From: Paramoeba atlantica
Taxonomy: Eukaryota > Protista > Discosea
Direction of reading: 5' to 3'
Assembly: GCA_977017575.1 (NCBI GenBank)
Contig: CDRNVI010000065.1
Location: forward strand, 186,001 to 250,000
DNA: 64,000 nucleotides
Positions 32,513-43,132 of the stretch are shown here, piece after piece. Below the pieces are notes generated by a model. That model did no database searches. It had not been told where the DNA came from and saw only the letters and a list, made by a program, of their open reading frames with translations. A program made the position numbers and the translations under genes. Numbering within the stretch: position 1 is the first letter of the stretch; every line of letters begins with the position of its first letter.

Positions 32513-32721
32513 AATCCAGGTATAAAGGGGCGAGGGAGATACGAAGCAACATATGTAGCAGATTCCCACTGAAAAGAAATCGTATCTCCCTGCACGAGAA
32601 CTGCCTACCTATGCGCTTGCTAGCTTGGAGCCAACTTCGTGCAGGGAGATACGATTTCTTTTCAGTGGGAATTTGCTACATCTGTTGCTTCGTATCTCCC
32701 TCGACTCTATATACCTGGATT
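32513..32721. repeat. Foldback (long inverted repeat) element, GGGAGATAC family
   Basis: 67-bp core arms (32531-32597 vs 32637-32703) with 2 mismatches, extended by AATCCAGGTATA; ~39-bp loop. Each arm is itself bounded by GGGAGATACGA/TCGTATCTCCC. Confidence 0.9.
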
Positions 32722-32822
32722 CTACAAAAATAGTTTCGTCGTATCAATCAGGAAAATTCGTGGGCATCATGGCAGTAAGAATTGACAAAACAATGCCAAT
32801 CTTCTTCTAAAAAGTAGTCAGC

Positions 32823-32930
32823 TGACTACCCCTTGAAAAAGTGGCCAATTGGCCACCCCTTGAAAAAGTGGCCAGCTGGCCACCCCTTGAAAAAGTGGCC
32901 ACCTGGCCACCCCCTGAAAAAGTGACCAGC
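32823..32930. repeat. Four tandem 27-bp units with a distant inverted copy
   Basis: TGGCCACCCCTTGAAAAAGTGGCCAGC with period 27 (32823, 32850, 32877, 32904); inverted partial copy at about 33067-33090. Confidence 0.85.
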
Positions 32931-33716
32931 TGCCCTTTCATGCAGGAGGTGGGCAGCTTGCGACTTTTTTTGGACGTCGCGATTCATCTTACGCATACGA
33001 AATGCAAACTGCAGTTTTTGGTAGCCATCTGGCCAGTTTTCCAGGAAGTGACTAGCTCAAAATTGTTTCAGGGGGTGGCCAGCTGGCCAGTTTTTCATGG
33101 CCGATAAAATCGTACCTTTTTTTCGTTCATTTGTTATGCCGTCGACGAGTGAAATGCGTTTCAAAAAAAAGATATTTCTGGAAGTTAGTTAAGGAGCTCA
33201 AAAATATTCCCCAAACTTTGAAACAGCTGTAGTCTGTCAATTTGGGAACATAATCGAGGATCTTCGCGTTTTTTTCGGATTTGAAATGTCCGTTTCTGAG
33301 CCGCATTCCGAGTCTCATTTTTGGTAAAAGCGTTCTAAAAACCGTGGACTGTACTCGATTTTTTTCATTTTTGGAGAATTACAGAGATTGTGTTGATTGA
33401 TGAGCCATACCTCTGTTTTTAAAATTTCGAAAAAAATGTTTTTGTGCTCGTTTTATGCCGATTTTGGCCTCGTGGAATTAACCATAGTAAGCGAGTTAGA
33501 TACTCACCGTATCTCCCTCAATATTGTTACACAAATAATTGTGTGCACTGTAGTTCGTTTCCATGAAGGAAAATAGAAAACAGTGCTGAAGTTAAATAAA
33601 TAAAAACGTTGTAGGTTGTAATTTCGGTGCTCTACATTTTTTTGCCTCGCGTCTTATTTACCTTTCCACTATTTCGTAAGAGAATCTTTCTATTCTAACA
33701 TCTATGTCCGTAGTTT

Positions 33717-34226
33717 CTAATAATTGAAAGCGTTGAAGACAGCAGGTGCCAACTCCTCATCAAAAATCTCTCTTGACGTATCAGGAGAGTCAGATACTCC
33801 ACCCAGTGGGGCTACGGACCCCAGTAGAGGACTGTGGCGCGCGGGGTAACTAGAACGTGGCGAGTGGTGACTTGATTGTGTAACCTCAGTGGAGTGAGGA
33901 AAAGGATTTAGAGTCCATAAATCTCTCCTAAGTGATACATCAACAGCATCGGGAGAGTCAAATCCTAACGTTGCATGTGGGTCTGTTCGAAGCAAATGTT
34001 CCTCGTCGGTATCAAGCACGTCGGTGTCTTGGTTCACATTAGGTATTCTGCTATCTTCGTTTTTCTGTATGGGACTGCCACTTGAAAATGGTTCTCCAAT
34101 GTGACTTTCAGCGTTTTTCGGAGATTGATGAGCAATTAACCCTTCTGAATCCCTCGAACTTACAGTTTTTCTGGGAGAACATATCCGCCCAAGTGGTTGT
34201 CTTTGAAGTGCAACCTGAGGGACCAC
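33717..34226 (-). CDS. Hypothetical low-complexity protein or gene remnant
   Basis: 169-aa S/P-rich ORF on the cluster strand with no ATG start or recognisable domain. Confidence 0.3.
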   Translation of the reverse strand: MVPQVALQRQPLGRICSPRKTVSSRDSEGLIAHQSPKNAESHIGEPFSSGSPIQKNEDSRIPNVNQDTDVLDTDEEHLLRTDPHATLGFDSPDAVDVSLRRDLWTLNPFPHSTEVTQSSHHSPRSSYPARHSPLLGSVAPLGGVSDSPDTSREIFDEELAPAVFNAFNY

Positions 34227-34893
34227 TTGTGTGCAGAGAAAGTGTCCCCACTATACGTTCACTAGTAGTGAACCATTTTTCGACACCATTTTTCCATCAA
34301 GGAAGGGTGTCGCTCCCGAACACGGAAGGGAAATTCATCGAAATGTAACAAAGCCTCTAGTGTGAAGTCGCCTTTTTCCAATACTTTGTACAGACTATTC
34401 GCATCTTGAACCGCCATGATTTGCACAAGGAACTTCAGTTCCCAAAGGGTTACGATAGAGAGACGAAATTACGCATTCATTGAAAGTGTACGAAGTAACA
34501 CTACCCTATTCAGAGTTCAAAAAGTTTTCTTATTCGCTTATTTTCTCTTCTTTCAAAAGAACCTTAAGCTATTTATCTTAATAGCTATTAACTTAATAAA
34601 ACAGTATTACTAAGCTCAAGAACCCTCCAAAAAATTTAGGTTGTCAATGAATTAATATTGTATCAATGTCCAGACTAAGTCTTTTATTAAGCTTAAAATT
34701 TATTTTCTCAGGATTACTTGGTAGCTTTTTCGGAAAGCTTAAAATATGGTTTACTGTGCCTGCATATCAGAATGCAATCCCAGCATCCTCGGAAAAAATA
34801 TTATACCTCGGCCACTCACAATGGTAGAACTCGAAATGCAATCTTAAAAACGATTGAAGCGAAGTGAAGAAGCGAGCTTTTAGAAGAGTATCT

Positions 34894-37800
34894 TTAAGGT
34901 ATAAGTTTTAGTAGATTTTTACACTCTGTGACTGTCTCTGTCGATATTATCTTGCTCTGCACCAAAATATCAGTAAGCACTTGTACGTCCTCTTTCATAT
35001 CTAAAGCGTGTGCAGAATGATTCAACTCAATTAGCAGTATTAATTCGTTTCGTGCTCTTTCTTTTACAGAACGACCGTCGGCGATAAAAGCGGCAAAATC
35101 CAATAACCGTGCACACATCTCCGATTCATATGAAATTTTTTCTTTTAGCATAAATGTAAAAAGAACGGAAGCGCATCGGCTGGCCCACAAAGCATCGTAA
35201 CGTTTTGAAGGAAAAACCCACTTCACTTTCCTTATAGCCTTGTACTCCTTAAGTGCGGACTCTTCAACATCTGCGTTGACTAATAATTCGAAGCTTTCAG
35301 GCCACTCCGCGACAGACATTGTTCGAAGATACGGAATATTTGTTACATCCTTTGCGATGCCAGTGATATCTGACGTGTCTGTTTTAAGATGAACAGCTTC
35401 AATGTAACCTTTTAAGTTCATGTCGGCTTCCCCGGCTTGTAGCACAATCTGTAAGGCGTCATTCCAATATCCCCTCAGAAGTAGCCCACTTTCTATAAGT
35501 GACGAAACGATCTCCGCAAAAGTCACCCAGAGCTTTGGCGCATCAGTATATTGCTCCCGAGAAATCCAATTTCGGATAACTGAGTTAAGAGCAATGGAAA
35601 GTTCTGATTTCGCGTCTGTATTTTTGAGGATCGATTTTGAGAAGCTTCCAAACGCACACCTCGCATCACCAAATCTTTGGACAGAGCTGCACAGCGTATC
35701 AATGCACTTTTGAAGGAAAAGGTTGTAGTCGTTAATTTTAAACACTTCCACGATTTCAATGGCATAAGGAATACTTTCCTGTAATGCCATCATAGCTTTC
35801 TCCTCGAGTTTTTGTGTAATCTGGTCGGTAGTCGCTGAGCCCAAATTCGAAAGTCTAGCGTTAATGTCGGGTGTATTGAGTACAGAATCCAAATCGGAAG
35901 ACGAGGACCTCGTTGGTAGTTTCATTGCCGAGAGATCCGATCGTTCGCTGGAGGTCCTCGACAGGACGCATCGGACGGCAGGAAAAGATTTCGCAGTGTT
36001 AGGCGCCAGTGGTGATACCATACGTTCAGCGTAGCTACCACGACTAGGGGATTCGTTCTCTCTTCGACTTCCGCGCAAGGAAGGCCGGGCATAGTTGCCC
36101 GTGGAGTGGGGCGGTACGGGCCGAGAAGCGGAGGAACTCATGACGGATTTCGACGAAATCTCTTGTGATGGCATAGCCTGGGAGTACGGACCATATGTTT
36201 TACTCAGCGCTGTGCTGGAAACTCCTGCCCAGTCACGTTGTCGAAGTTCCAATAAATTGAGAAGCTTAAATCGGACGCGAATGTTGGGATAGGTAGCGGA
36301 GAGTACACAAACATTCTCGAAGTAAATGTGCATATTCCCTACTTCCGACTCAGAGTTTTCAAGAAGCGGACCAATAGATTCCATCAGCTCACAAAAAAGG
36401 AGTAAAGAATTATCCCTCATTCTATCAGTAAGAGGACTAAAAAGCATTTTGTAAGAGATTTCATGCATAATGCCTTTCGCTATGAGTCGAAGTTTGAAAA
36501 GCTCACCTATAAATTTCACAGTTCCGACGGTGCGTTTCCAGTGGACTGGATCGTCCATTGCTGGGACCTCCTTGACCTCGCTAAGGGGATCGCTCTGCAC
36601 ATGAGAGCCGCTCATGAAGGCTTCTCTGCAATGTTCAAGGAGCTGTCGGCGAAACGTCGTAGATTGGTGTGTACTTTTGTCTGTCGGATCAGAGCGATCC
36701 TCCACCGCTTGTCTTTTCCAGTGTGCATAAATGTCCTGACAAAATTGTGCATAAAGAGGCGCAAAGGCTGTTTCGTTAATAGCTTTATCAAAGAACATGT
36801 TTACAACGTCCTTCATAAACTCGGGTTCTCGACATAGAGCATTAAATTTAGTATTTAGCAGTTCGGTGCATAGCGAACGGTAATTCGCTTCGGACAGCTT
36901 GTTTAATATGCTCTGGAGATGCTTTTTAGTTGCCTCAGATTCGGATTCTCGATTTCTATTGCGATGTGTAAAAGGATTCTCGGATTTGTTTGTGAATATA
37001 TCTCGTACACTGTGCGCTCTGTTTACCTCGGTTCCGAATATGATCGCATGCTCCTCGCGAGAAGGTTCGTGGTACACAAGAACATTATCTTTCATTTCAC
37101 GCTTGTTATACATTTCTATAGATTGTCTTACTTCAAGGACTCCGGGAAACGGAGGACATGTCTCGGGATTCCATGCTTTGCGATGTCGCAAGAACATCTC
37201 GAATATGGCATCCACTGGGGATACATCCGTACCTGCATTATGTGTCCTTTGTGCAGAGCTCGTTTGCTCTTCCACAAGATCCTGTGTATCGACTTCTTCC
37301 TTCGAGGATAATTGCGTTTCCTGAGCTGATAAGATATTAAGGTTAGCCATAGATTCTGAGATATCATCTGAGCTGGAGGGTGTAACGTCGTTGTTCTCTT
37401 CTTGTTTATGCTGTGAAACATCTTGTGTCCTTGAAGAATCCGTGATATCCCCCTCTTTTTCAGACCTTTCAGCTGAATCATGAGATATTTTTTCATCTTC
37501 CTTTTCCTCACCTCCGTGTTTTTCCTCCGCTGAGCTCGGAACACTATCCTTGGATAGTCCCGTTTCTTCCCCATCCAACGTCTTGTCCGTTTCCTCTGCC
37601 GAAACCCTTACTTCCTCCTCTTTATTGTGTTCCGAGGTCGCGACCCAGTCCTGCAGATCGTGACGTCTCCCACTGGCATCCGTGATAACGATATCCAAAA
37701 CAGGCTGCAGTGGTTCGCTCACAGGCGCCGGTACAGAAGCGCTTTCTAAAGAGGTGTCATCCTTGACCGGCATATCCCTATGATATGCCGGTGAGGGTTG

Positions 37801-38805
37801 GGGTATTCTCATCGGGGGGTAAAAAACCCCAGTAGTCCCGGGGTGTCGTATTTCTTCTGGGCCTCGAACCCCATAGGTCATGGCGTACCCTGCAGGGATC
37901 GCGTGCGTACCCCCGTAGGGGTCATGCGGAAAGTGATGGGAAGCGTAGTGAGGAGCGTAGTGCATGACAGGCTGCATCGCCGGTACAGAAGCGCTTTCTA
38001 AAGAGGTGTCATCCTTGACCGGCATATCCCTATGATATGCCGGTGAGGGTTGGGGTATTCTCATCGGGGGGTAAAAAACCCCAGTAGTCCCGGGGTGTCG
38101 TATTTCTTCTGGGCCTCGAACCCCATAGGTCATGGCGTACCCTGCAGGGATCGCGTGCGTACCCCCGTAGGGGTCATGCGGAAAGTGATGGGAAGCGTAG
38201 TGAGGAGCGTAGTGCATGACAGGCTGCATCGGCTGGGAGGCGTGCATGCGGGGAACCTCGGGGTGGGGATGGTCGTAGTAGCCAATCGGTTGGGGGTGCT
38301 GAGGGTGTCTGCGATCGACGAATGGTGGTGGGGGGTTGGTGTAGGTGGTTTCGGGATATCTCGCAGCTGGTCCGGTGGGTTCGTGTAGGACGGGTTTTCT
38401 GGGACGGCTGGAGAAAGGTGGTCCGGGTTGGGTTTCCGCTGTGCTCTTTCGTGCTCCGCTATCTACGACTTCTACTTTTTCTCCCTTGCCTGACTTCGGT
38501 TTCGGAGGAGGGTCACGTTGATTTGGACCTCGAACAGGGGGAATGGGCTTCCCTTGGGAGGCTCGGGAAGACTGTTCTACAAGTGCTGCTCGAGCAAGGT
38601 TTCCGATGTCATTCGGAGCCGAGACGGTTCGCGGAGGTATCGCGGAGTGTACGTTACGCGCCGGCGTGGGAGTAGCCATAGCCTTAGATCCCCGACCCCT
38701 TGTGCCACGTCCCCTGTCTGCAGACATGTAGAAACGAGTCTTTTTAAAAGTAAAAGTCTTTAGTGGAATGTAGAATGTAAATGTAAATAAGGATGTACAA
38801 CGCAA
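34894..38805 (-). CDS. EIF4G: Translation initiation factor eIF4G-family protein (MIF4G)
   Basis: MIF4G motifs LQSILNKLS, FFDKAINETAFAPLYAQFC, FRRQLLEHC, GTVKFIGELFK; P/H/Y-rich N-terminus and helical C-terminal domain. Confidence 0.88.
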   Translation of the reverse strand: MRCTSLFTFTFYIPLKTFTFKKTRFYMSADRGRGTRGRGSKAMATPTPARNVHSAIPPRTVSAPNDIGNLARAALVEQSSRASQGKPIPPVRGPNQRDPPPKPKSGKGEKVEVVDSGARKSTAETQPGPPFSSRPRKPVLHEPTGPAARYPETTYTNPPPPFVDRRHPQHPQPIGYYDHPHPEVPRMHASQPMQPVMHYAPHYASHHFPHDPYGGTHAIPAGYAMTYGVRGPEEIRHPGTTGVFYPPMRIPQPSPAYHRDMPVKDDTSLESASVPAMQPVMHYAPHYASHHFPHDPYGGTHAIPAGYAMTYGVRGPEEIRHPGTTGVFYPPMRIPQPSPAYHRDMPVKDDTSLESASVPAPVSEPLQPVLDIVITDASGRRHDLQDWVATSEHNKEEEVRVSAEETDKTLDGEETGLSKDSVPSSAEEKHGGEEKEDEKISHDSAERSEKEGDITDSSRTQDVSQHKQEENNDVTPSSSDDISESMANLNILSAQETQLSSKEEVDTQDLVEEQTSSAQRTHNAGTDVSPVDAIFEMFLRHRKAWNPETCPPFPGVLEVRQSIEMYNKREMKDNVLVYHEPSREEHAIIFGTEVNRAHSVRDIFTNKSENPFTHRNRNRESESEATKKHLQSILNKLSEANYRSLCTELLNTKFNALCREPEFMKDVVNMFFDKAINETAFAPLYAQFCQDIYAHWKRQAVEDRSDPTDKSTHQSTTFRRQLLEHCREAFMSGSHVQSDPLSEVKEVPAMDDPVHWKRTVGTVKFIGELFKLRLIAKGIMHEISYKMLFSPLTDRMRDNSLLLFCELMESIGPLLENSESEVGNMHIYFENVCVLSATYPNIRVRFKLLNLLELRQRDWAGVSSTALSKTYGPYSQAMPSQEISSKSVMSSSASRPVPPHSTGNYARPSLRGSRRENESPSRGSYAERMVSPLAPNTAKSFPAVRCVLSRTSSERSDLSAMKLPTRSSSSDLDSVLNTPDINARLSNLGSATTDQITQKLEEKAMMALQESIPYAIEIVEVFKINDYNLFLQKCIDTLCSSVQRFGDARCAFGSFSKSILKNTDAKSELSIALNSVIRNWISREQYTDAPKLWVTFAEIVSSLIESGLLLRGYWNDALQIVLQAGEADMNLKGYIEAVHLKTDTSDITGIAKDVTNIPYLRTMSVAEWPESFELLVNADVEESALKEYKAIRKVKWVFPSKRYDALWASRCASVLFTFMLKEKISYESEMCARLLDFAAFIADGRSVKERARNELILLIELNHSAHALDMKEDVQVLTDILVQSKIISTETVTECKNLLKLIP
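37726..38229. repeat. 252-bp in-frame tandem duplication within eIF4G
   Basis: 37726-37977 appears identical to 37978-38229 (84 aa, MQPVMHY...SVPA). Confidence 0.93.
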
Positions 38806-39009
38806 AATTATCTATATGATTTGAGCGTTTCCAAAGGACAGTTTTCAGCAAAAAAGGTTGCTCAATAAGAGGGTTGAAAGCTGCGTCAAATCAAATGCTA
38901 CCCATATCCGATTTCGGATGCGCCGGATATCAAAAACAGTCTTAGATTTTGAGTAACCTCAGAGTACATACAAGCACATAATAGTTCGTGCGCTCCAGTA
39001 CAAAGCTAC

Positions 39010-41550
39010 TTAAGTACAGCTCTCATATAAAGCTGCATCACTGATTACGAACGGTGAAAATTTCTTCCCATCTGCAAGATAAAATTTGTTTTGAAATTCT
39101 ACCCAGTGAAGACGTAGCGCATGAAGAAACGCTGAAAGCCCTTCCATCATCAGAAGAACACCAATGGTGACGGTAAGCCACACTCCGAACCCCACGAACA
39201 CGATCACACCATTTCCAGAATCCATGTCTAATGCCTTCAAGAAGGCAAAATTCCAGAAAACTTCACTGAGTTCTGCATGTGCCAGGGAGAGCGCCCAGAG
39301 ACGAAGATAACTTGCAGTATTCGACACACAACCCAGAACAAATTCAATCGTGTGAATCATTTGGTGGATGACCACTTCACTGAGGTCAAACGCGGGGACG
39401 GAAACAGTCTCAAGATCGTGCGCACCACCGTCATCCGTATCAACTTCGTGGATAGGCATTCGAGATTTGTCGCCATCTATAAAAGGTTCCGTATTATCGC
39501 TGGCATACACGTTCTGCGAACCTGGTTGAGGCGTGCATGATCGAACGGTGACGGGAAGAGTGCGTGCCTTTTCGGCTGCCTCGGAGCACCGCTTCTTGTG
39601 CGCTCGCCACTCCAGGTAAGGAATTGGAAACAACATCGTGGGAATCATAAGAAACGCCACTAGTAAAAGGAAAACTTGCATCCCAGCTTGTCCCGCATAC
39701 AGAGGCTGTAGTACGGTGCCTGGCGCCAAGAAGAAATTCGTCATGGTCTCTAGCAAGGACGGTGCGTCATGCGTAGAACCGAAAGCGGTACACCACTTCA
39801 ATAGAATAAGTATAGCCATGTAACCAAAGGTACACATCAGAAACACAGCTTCTGGCACAAATTCGAACCACACTCGCTTCCAGTCGCGGAAGTACAAATG
39901 ATTTAACAACCCCAAGAACAGCCCGGCGAACATCTGAAGTACACCAATAATAATTGCTCCTTTCATTTTCAACGAGTTCATAAACTCCAGCTTGTTCTCC
40001 GTCTCTGCCCATGCGGAGTCCACCCCAAACCACGTCACGAACCCTTGCGTGGGAGACAGATCCGACTCCTCGTGAGACAAAAAATCGTGCCCTTCTCCTC
40101 GAAGCCACTGGTAACCCGAGGGAAAAGCCCCAAGCACAAGCCCAAACGTGTCATTATACAGCATCCCGATATAAGTCGCAAAGACGCCCATCAACACGAG
40201 CAAATATCGAGCCCCGAAAATCATATCAAACATCTCCCCTTGCGAGTTACGCAAAAAATACCGTTCCCGCGCAATCAGATACACCGCCACAGCTGTCAGC
40301 ATCACCCCATGGCCCACATCTCCATACATCACCCCAAAAAGGTACGGAAACGTCACCACGGAAAGCACCGCCGGGTTCACCTCCTTATACCGCGCCACCC
40401 CGTAGCTCTCCACAATCCCCTGGAACGTCTCGGTGTACTTATCCACCCTAAAGAACGTCGGGGGGGTTCTCCCCGCCCCGGGGGGCGCCACCTGCACCAC
40501 CGTACTCGCCATCACCCCGGTCGCGACCTCGGCCTCGGTGACGACCCGACGCAGCGCCCCGAGCTCCGCTTTCGGGACCCAGGCCTCCGCGACGCAGGTC
40601 ATCCCGGCAAAGGTGATTTTGTTGAGTGTTTGGTACACTGCGCGTTTGGTCTGCACCAACGCCTTCCAGGTGTGGATCTCGCGCTGGACGTCCGCGAGGG
40701 TCTGGTCCCGACAGCGCTGGGTCTCGGCCAGGGCTTGGCGCAGTGCGCTGATCTGTTTGGTGAGCTGGGCGCGGATCGCGGCACTCATCCCCTCACGGTA
40801 GGGGTAGAGGTTGGCCTCCAGGGTTTGACACACTTTCATGAGGCGTTGGTGAATCCGGGGAGCGGAGAAGAACACGGCAAAGACGGTTTTGTGTTGGGGG
40901 GAGTGGCCTGGGCCCTCGAGGAAGGTGTCCTCAATGGGGTCGAACCGCACAAAGGAGTTCCCTTTGGTGGCACGGTAGATGAGTTTCTCCAGGTCGTGGA
41001 GTTTGTCGTCCTCCAGCACCCCGGTAAGGAGACTTAGCCCGCGTTCGGGCTCTCGGAGCTCACGAGAGGCGAGTTCAACGGAGCGGTTGGTGAGTTCCTC
41101 ATCCCCGCCGTGGAAGAAGGCAGTCTCTCGGCGAAGCACCTCGTGGAACTCGCGGTTACGATTCATCTCGGCGTTCATTTGTTCGAACTTTGCGTTGAGG
41201 TCCCGGACGTCCTTTTCGTACTCCTCTAGTTTGGCATCCAAGGAGTCCAGCGTGGGTGCTGCCTGAGTAAGGCCAAGCGGGAGAATGCAAGAACCGTGAT
41301 CCTCAGGAGATTCAATCTGATCGGTCTGGCTTATCAAGTAGTCAACCCTTCTCTCCAGTTCCTCACAGCGTCGTAGTTCTAAAGAAAACTTTCGAGAGAG
41401 GCATGAGGTGTTCTTTTCCAGATCAATGAATTCTGCCACACCCAAAAGACCAATACGTTTTATAGTTTCATGCGCCGTCTCACGTTGCATTTGTAGCCGT
41501 ACGTATACCATATCCTCCGAACGCCATAGACCGTCAGCCACTCTGCTCAT
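39010..41550 (-). CDS. ATP6V0A: V-type H+-ATPase V0 subunit a
   Basis: LWRSEDM, PPTFF..KYT..FQGIVESYGVARYKEVNPA, TFPYLFGVMYGDVGHG, NSLKMK, HTIEFVLGCVSNTASYLRLWALSLAH, LHALRLHWVEFQNKFY. Confidence 0.97.
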   Translation of the reverse strand: MSRVADGLWRSEDMVYVRLQMQRETAHETIKRIGLLGVAEFIDLEKNTSCLSRKFSLELRRCEELERRVDYLISQTDQIESPEDHGSCILPLGLTQAAPTLDSLDAKLEEYEKDVRDLNAKFEQMNAEMNRNREFHEVLRRETAFFHGGDEELTNRSVELASRELREPERGLSLLTGVLEDDKLHDLEKLIYRATKGNSFVRFDPIEDTFLEGPGHSPQHKTVFAVFFSAPRIHQRLMKVCQTLEANLYPYREGMSAAIRAQLTKQISALRQALAETQRCRDQTLADVQREIHTWKALVQTKRAVYQTLNKITFAGMTCVAEAWVPKAELGALRRVVTEAEVATGVMASTVVQVAPPGAGRTPPTFFRVDKYTETFQGIVESYGVARYKEVNPAVLSVVTFPYLFGVMYGDVGHGVMLTAVAVYLIARERYFLRNSQGEMFDMIFGARYLLVLMGVFATYIGMLYNDTFGLVLGAFPSGYQWLRGEGHDFLSHEESDLSPTQGFVTWFGVDSAWAETENKLEFMNSLKMKGAIIIGVLQMFAGLFLGLLNHLYFRDWKRVWFEFVPEAVFLMCTFGYMAILILLKWCTAFGSTHDAPSLLETMTNFFLAPGTVLQPLYAGQAGMQVFLLLVAFLMIPTMLFPIPYLEWRAHKKRCSEAAEKARTLPVTVRSCTPQPGSQNVYASDNTEPFIDGDKSRMPIHEVDTDDGGAHDLETVSVPAFDLSEVVIHQMIHTIEFVLGCVSNTASYLRLWALSLAHAELSEVFWNFAFLKALDMDSGNGVIVFVGFGVWLTVTIGVLLMMEGLSAFLHALRLHWVEFQNKFYLADGKKFSPFVISDAALYESCT

Positions 41551-41864
41551 TGATGAAGAAAATATATTTGACTGAAAAAATGAGAGGGACCTAGATACGT
41601 GAATCTAAGAGATATCAGAGACCAATGATCAAGCAACGTTTTTGGTGAAGATCGGAAATCTTGAGTGTTACTGCGAGCATCAAAAAACTAATTGTTATTA
41701 AATCAATTTTGTCTCAGTTTTATTTTGTTTTGCGTCCTATTTTGTAATCATCGAACGCTAATTTCCACCCCTTTTACATAGTCATCAAAACTTCTGGATA
41801 AAACGAGTTCTCCAGGGCATAAGAAATAGAAAGCAGTATTTGACGGATGCTCCAGAATCGGGAA

Positions 41865-43049
41865 TTAGTTCCCCACAGCACGGCTAAGTTTCTGAACGCG
41901 GTGCATCAAAGCATCCCCTTTCTCCATAATCTTTCGGTAATATTCAGTGACGGGATTCTTCTTTGTGGCCGTAACACTTCCATTCAGTTTATCTATTTTG
42001 CAGTGCAACCTCCCACTCGCAATAAAGGAACATAATTGTTTTTCCATTGCGTCTTCTGAAATGAAAAAGGCGGAGGCCATAGAAGAAAGCGTGACGCTTC
42101 GGTAGGATTCAAGAAACTGTGAGATAGCACGTATGCGCAGCTCACGGTAAATATAATCCACGTGAGGGTTTAGCAAAACACTACGCTGCACGGAGTGACA
42201 CAGAGCATCGAGTCCGGAAAAGATGCAGCGGTAGTTGCAGTTGTGCAGAGCAGTAAGCACCTCCTCGCACGCTGGGAGCTCAGGGAAGTGAGCCACGATG
42301 TCGCTGCACTCCGTAATGTGCTTCCGTAAGGTGGGTCTGTCCAAAATCACGAGACTTACAATAATCGCGACCAAAAGAAAATCCTTATATTCCATTACCT
42401 CATGTGCGCTAAAGGTTGATATCGAATCTAGTAACAGTGGACTTGCAAGTGAGAATTTACGTACAGATACGAAATAAAGTGCCTCGTACACTTTAAGCCG
42501 GTTTCGTCGCTCCCAGTCTCCATGAGACTTTAAAATTTCTTTTGCAGCATCAATTTTGGTCCTCACGAGTTGCAAATCACACGCAGCAAGGCCAAGTCGT
42601 ATCCGTTGAAAAAGAAGATCAAGCTTCGGGCTTTTACCCAAAGTACGATCAAAGCATTCCGTGCTATACTCTTCACACATAGTGAGATTGCCAATACTCG
42701 CATAGAAATCACAAACCTTTTGTAGCGCGTCGCGAACATCGCTTTCTCCCATATTTTCTTTAGCATCCGATACATCTTTTAGCAGTGCTTCTTCTTCTGC
42801 AGTATTTCTCTTTTGCATGTTTTCAAACATCTCAGAGTTGAATTCCCATCCAAGACACTTACAGGCTGCAGCATAATACGGAGCCATGTTGTGTTGCTGA
42901 ATGACCGCAAGCATGTGTTCCTTGACAGAGGCTTTATCTGAGTAGAACGTGTACGAACTTTGATACTCGTATCGCAACTGCATGAGCACAATGGTGTGAT
43001 CGACGTTTACTTTGTTTTCCTCAAGTTCCAAATCCGGATCTATTTCCAT
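41865..43049 (-). CDS. RPN7: 26S proteasome lid subunit Rpn7
   Basis: HNMAPYY, DAKENMGESDVRDA, GDWERRNRLKVYE, LLLDSISTF, C-terminal PCI domain (FIASGRLHCKIDK). Confidence 0.95.
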   Translation of the reverse strand: MEIDPDLELEENKVNVDHTIVLMQLRYEYQSSYTFYSDKASVKEHMLAVIQQHNMAPYYAAACKCLGWEFNSEMFENMQKRNTAEEEALLKDVSDAKENMGESDVRDALQKVCDFYASIGNLTMCEEYSTECFDRTLGKSPKLDLLFQRIRLGLAACDLQLVRTKIDAAKEILKSHGDWERRNRLKVYEALYFVSVRKFSLASPLLLDSISTFSAHEVMEYKDFLLVAIIVSLVILDRPTLRKHITECSDIVAHFPELPACEEVLTALHNCNYRCIFSGLDALCHSVQRSVLLNPHVDYIYRELRIRAISQFLESYRSVTLSSMASAFFISEDAMEKQLCSFIASGRLHCKIDKLNGSVTATKKNPVTEYYRKIMEKGDALMHRVQKLSRAVGN

Positions 43050-43132
43050 TTTAGAGTGAAAAACAAAACAAGTGGTACTATCTAGGTGTTAACAATATAC
43101 GAGAAACGTACAGAATAGGGCATGTAAGTATA

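Noticed and set aside
33120-33490. TE-like AT-rich segment ending near TTAACC
   Set aside because: No matching opposite terminus or TSD was found.
34262-34417. 51-aa ORF (KVLEKGDFTLEALLHFDEF) resembling the SAPS/PP6-regulator N-terminus
   Set aside because: Too short, and no downstream frame continues the similarity; cannot be supported without a search.
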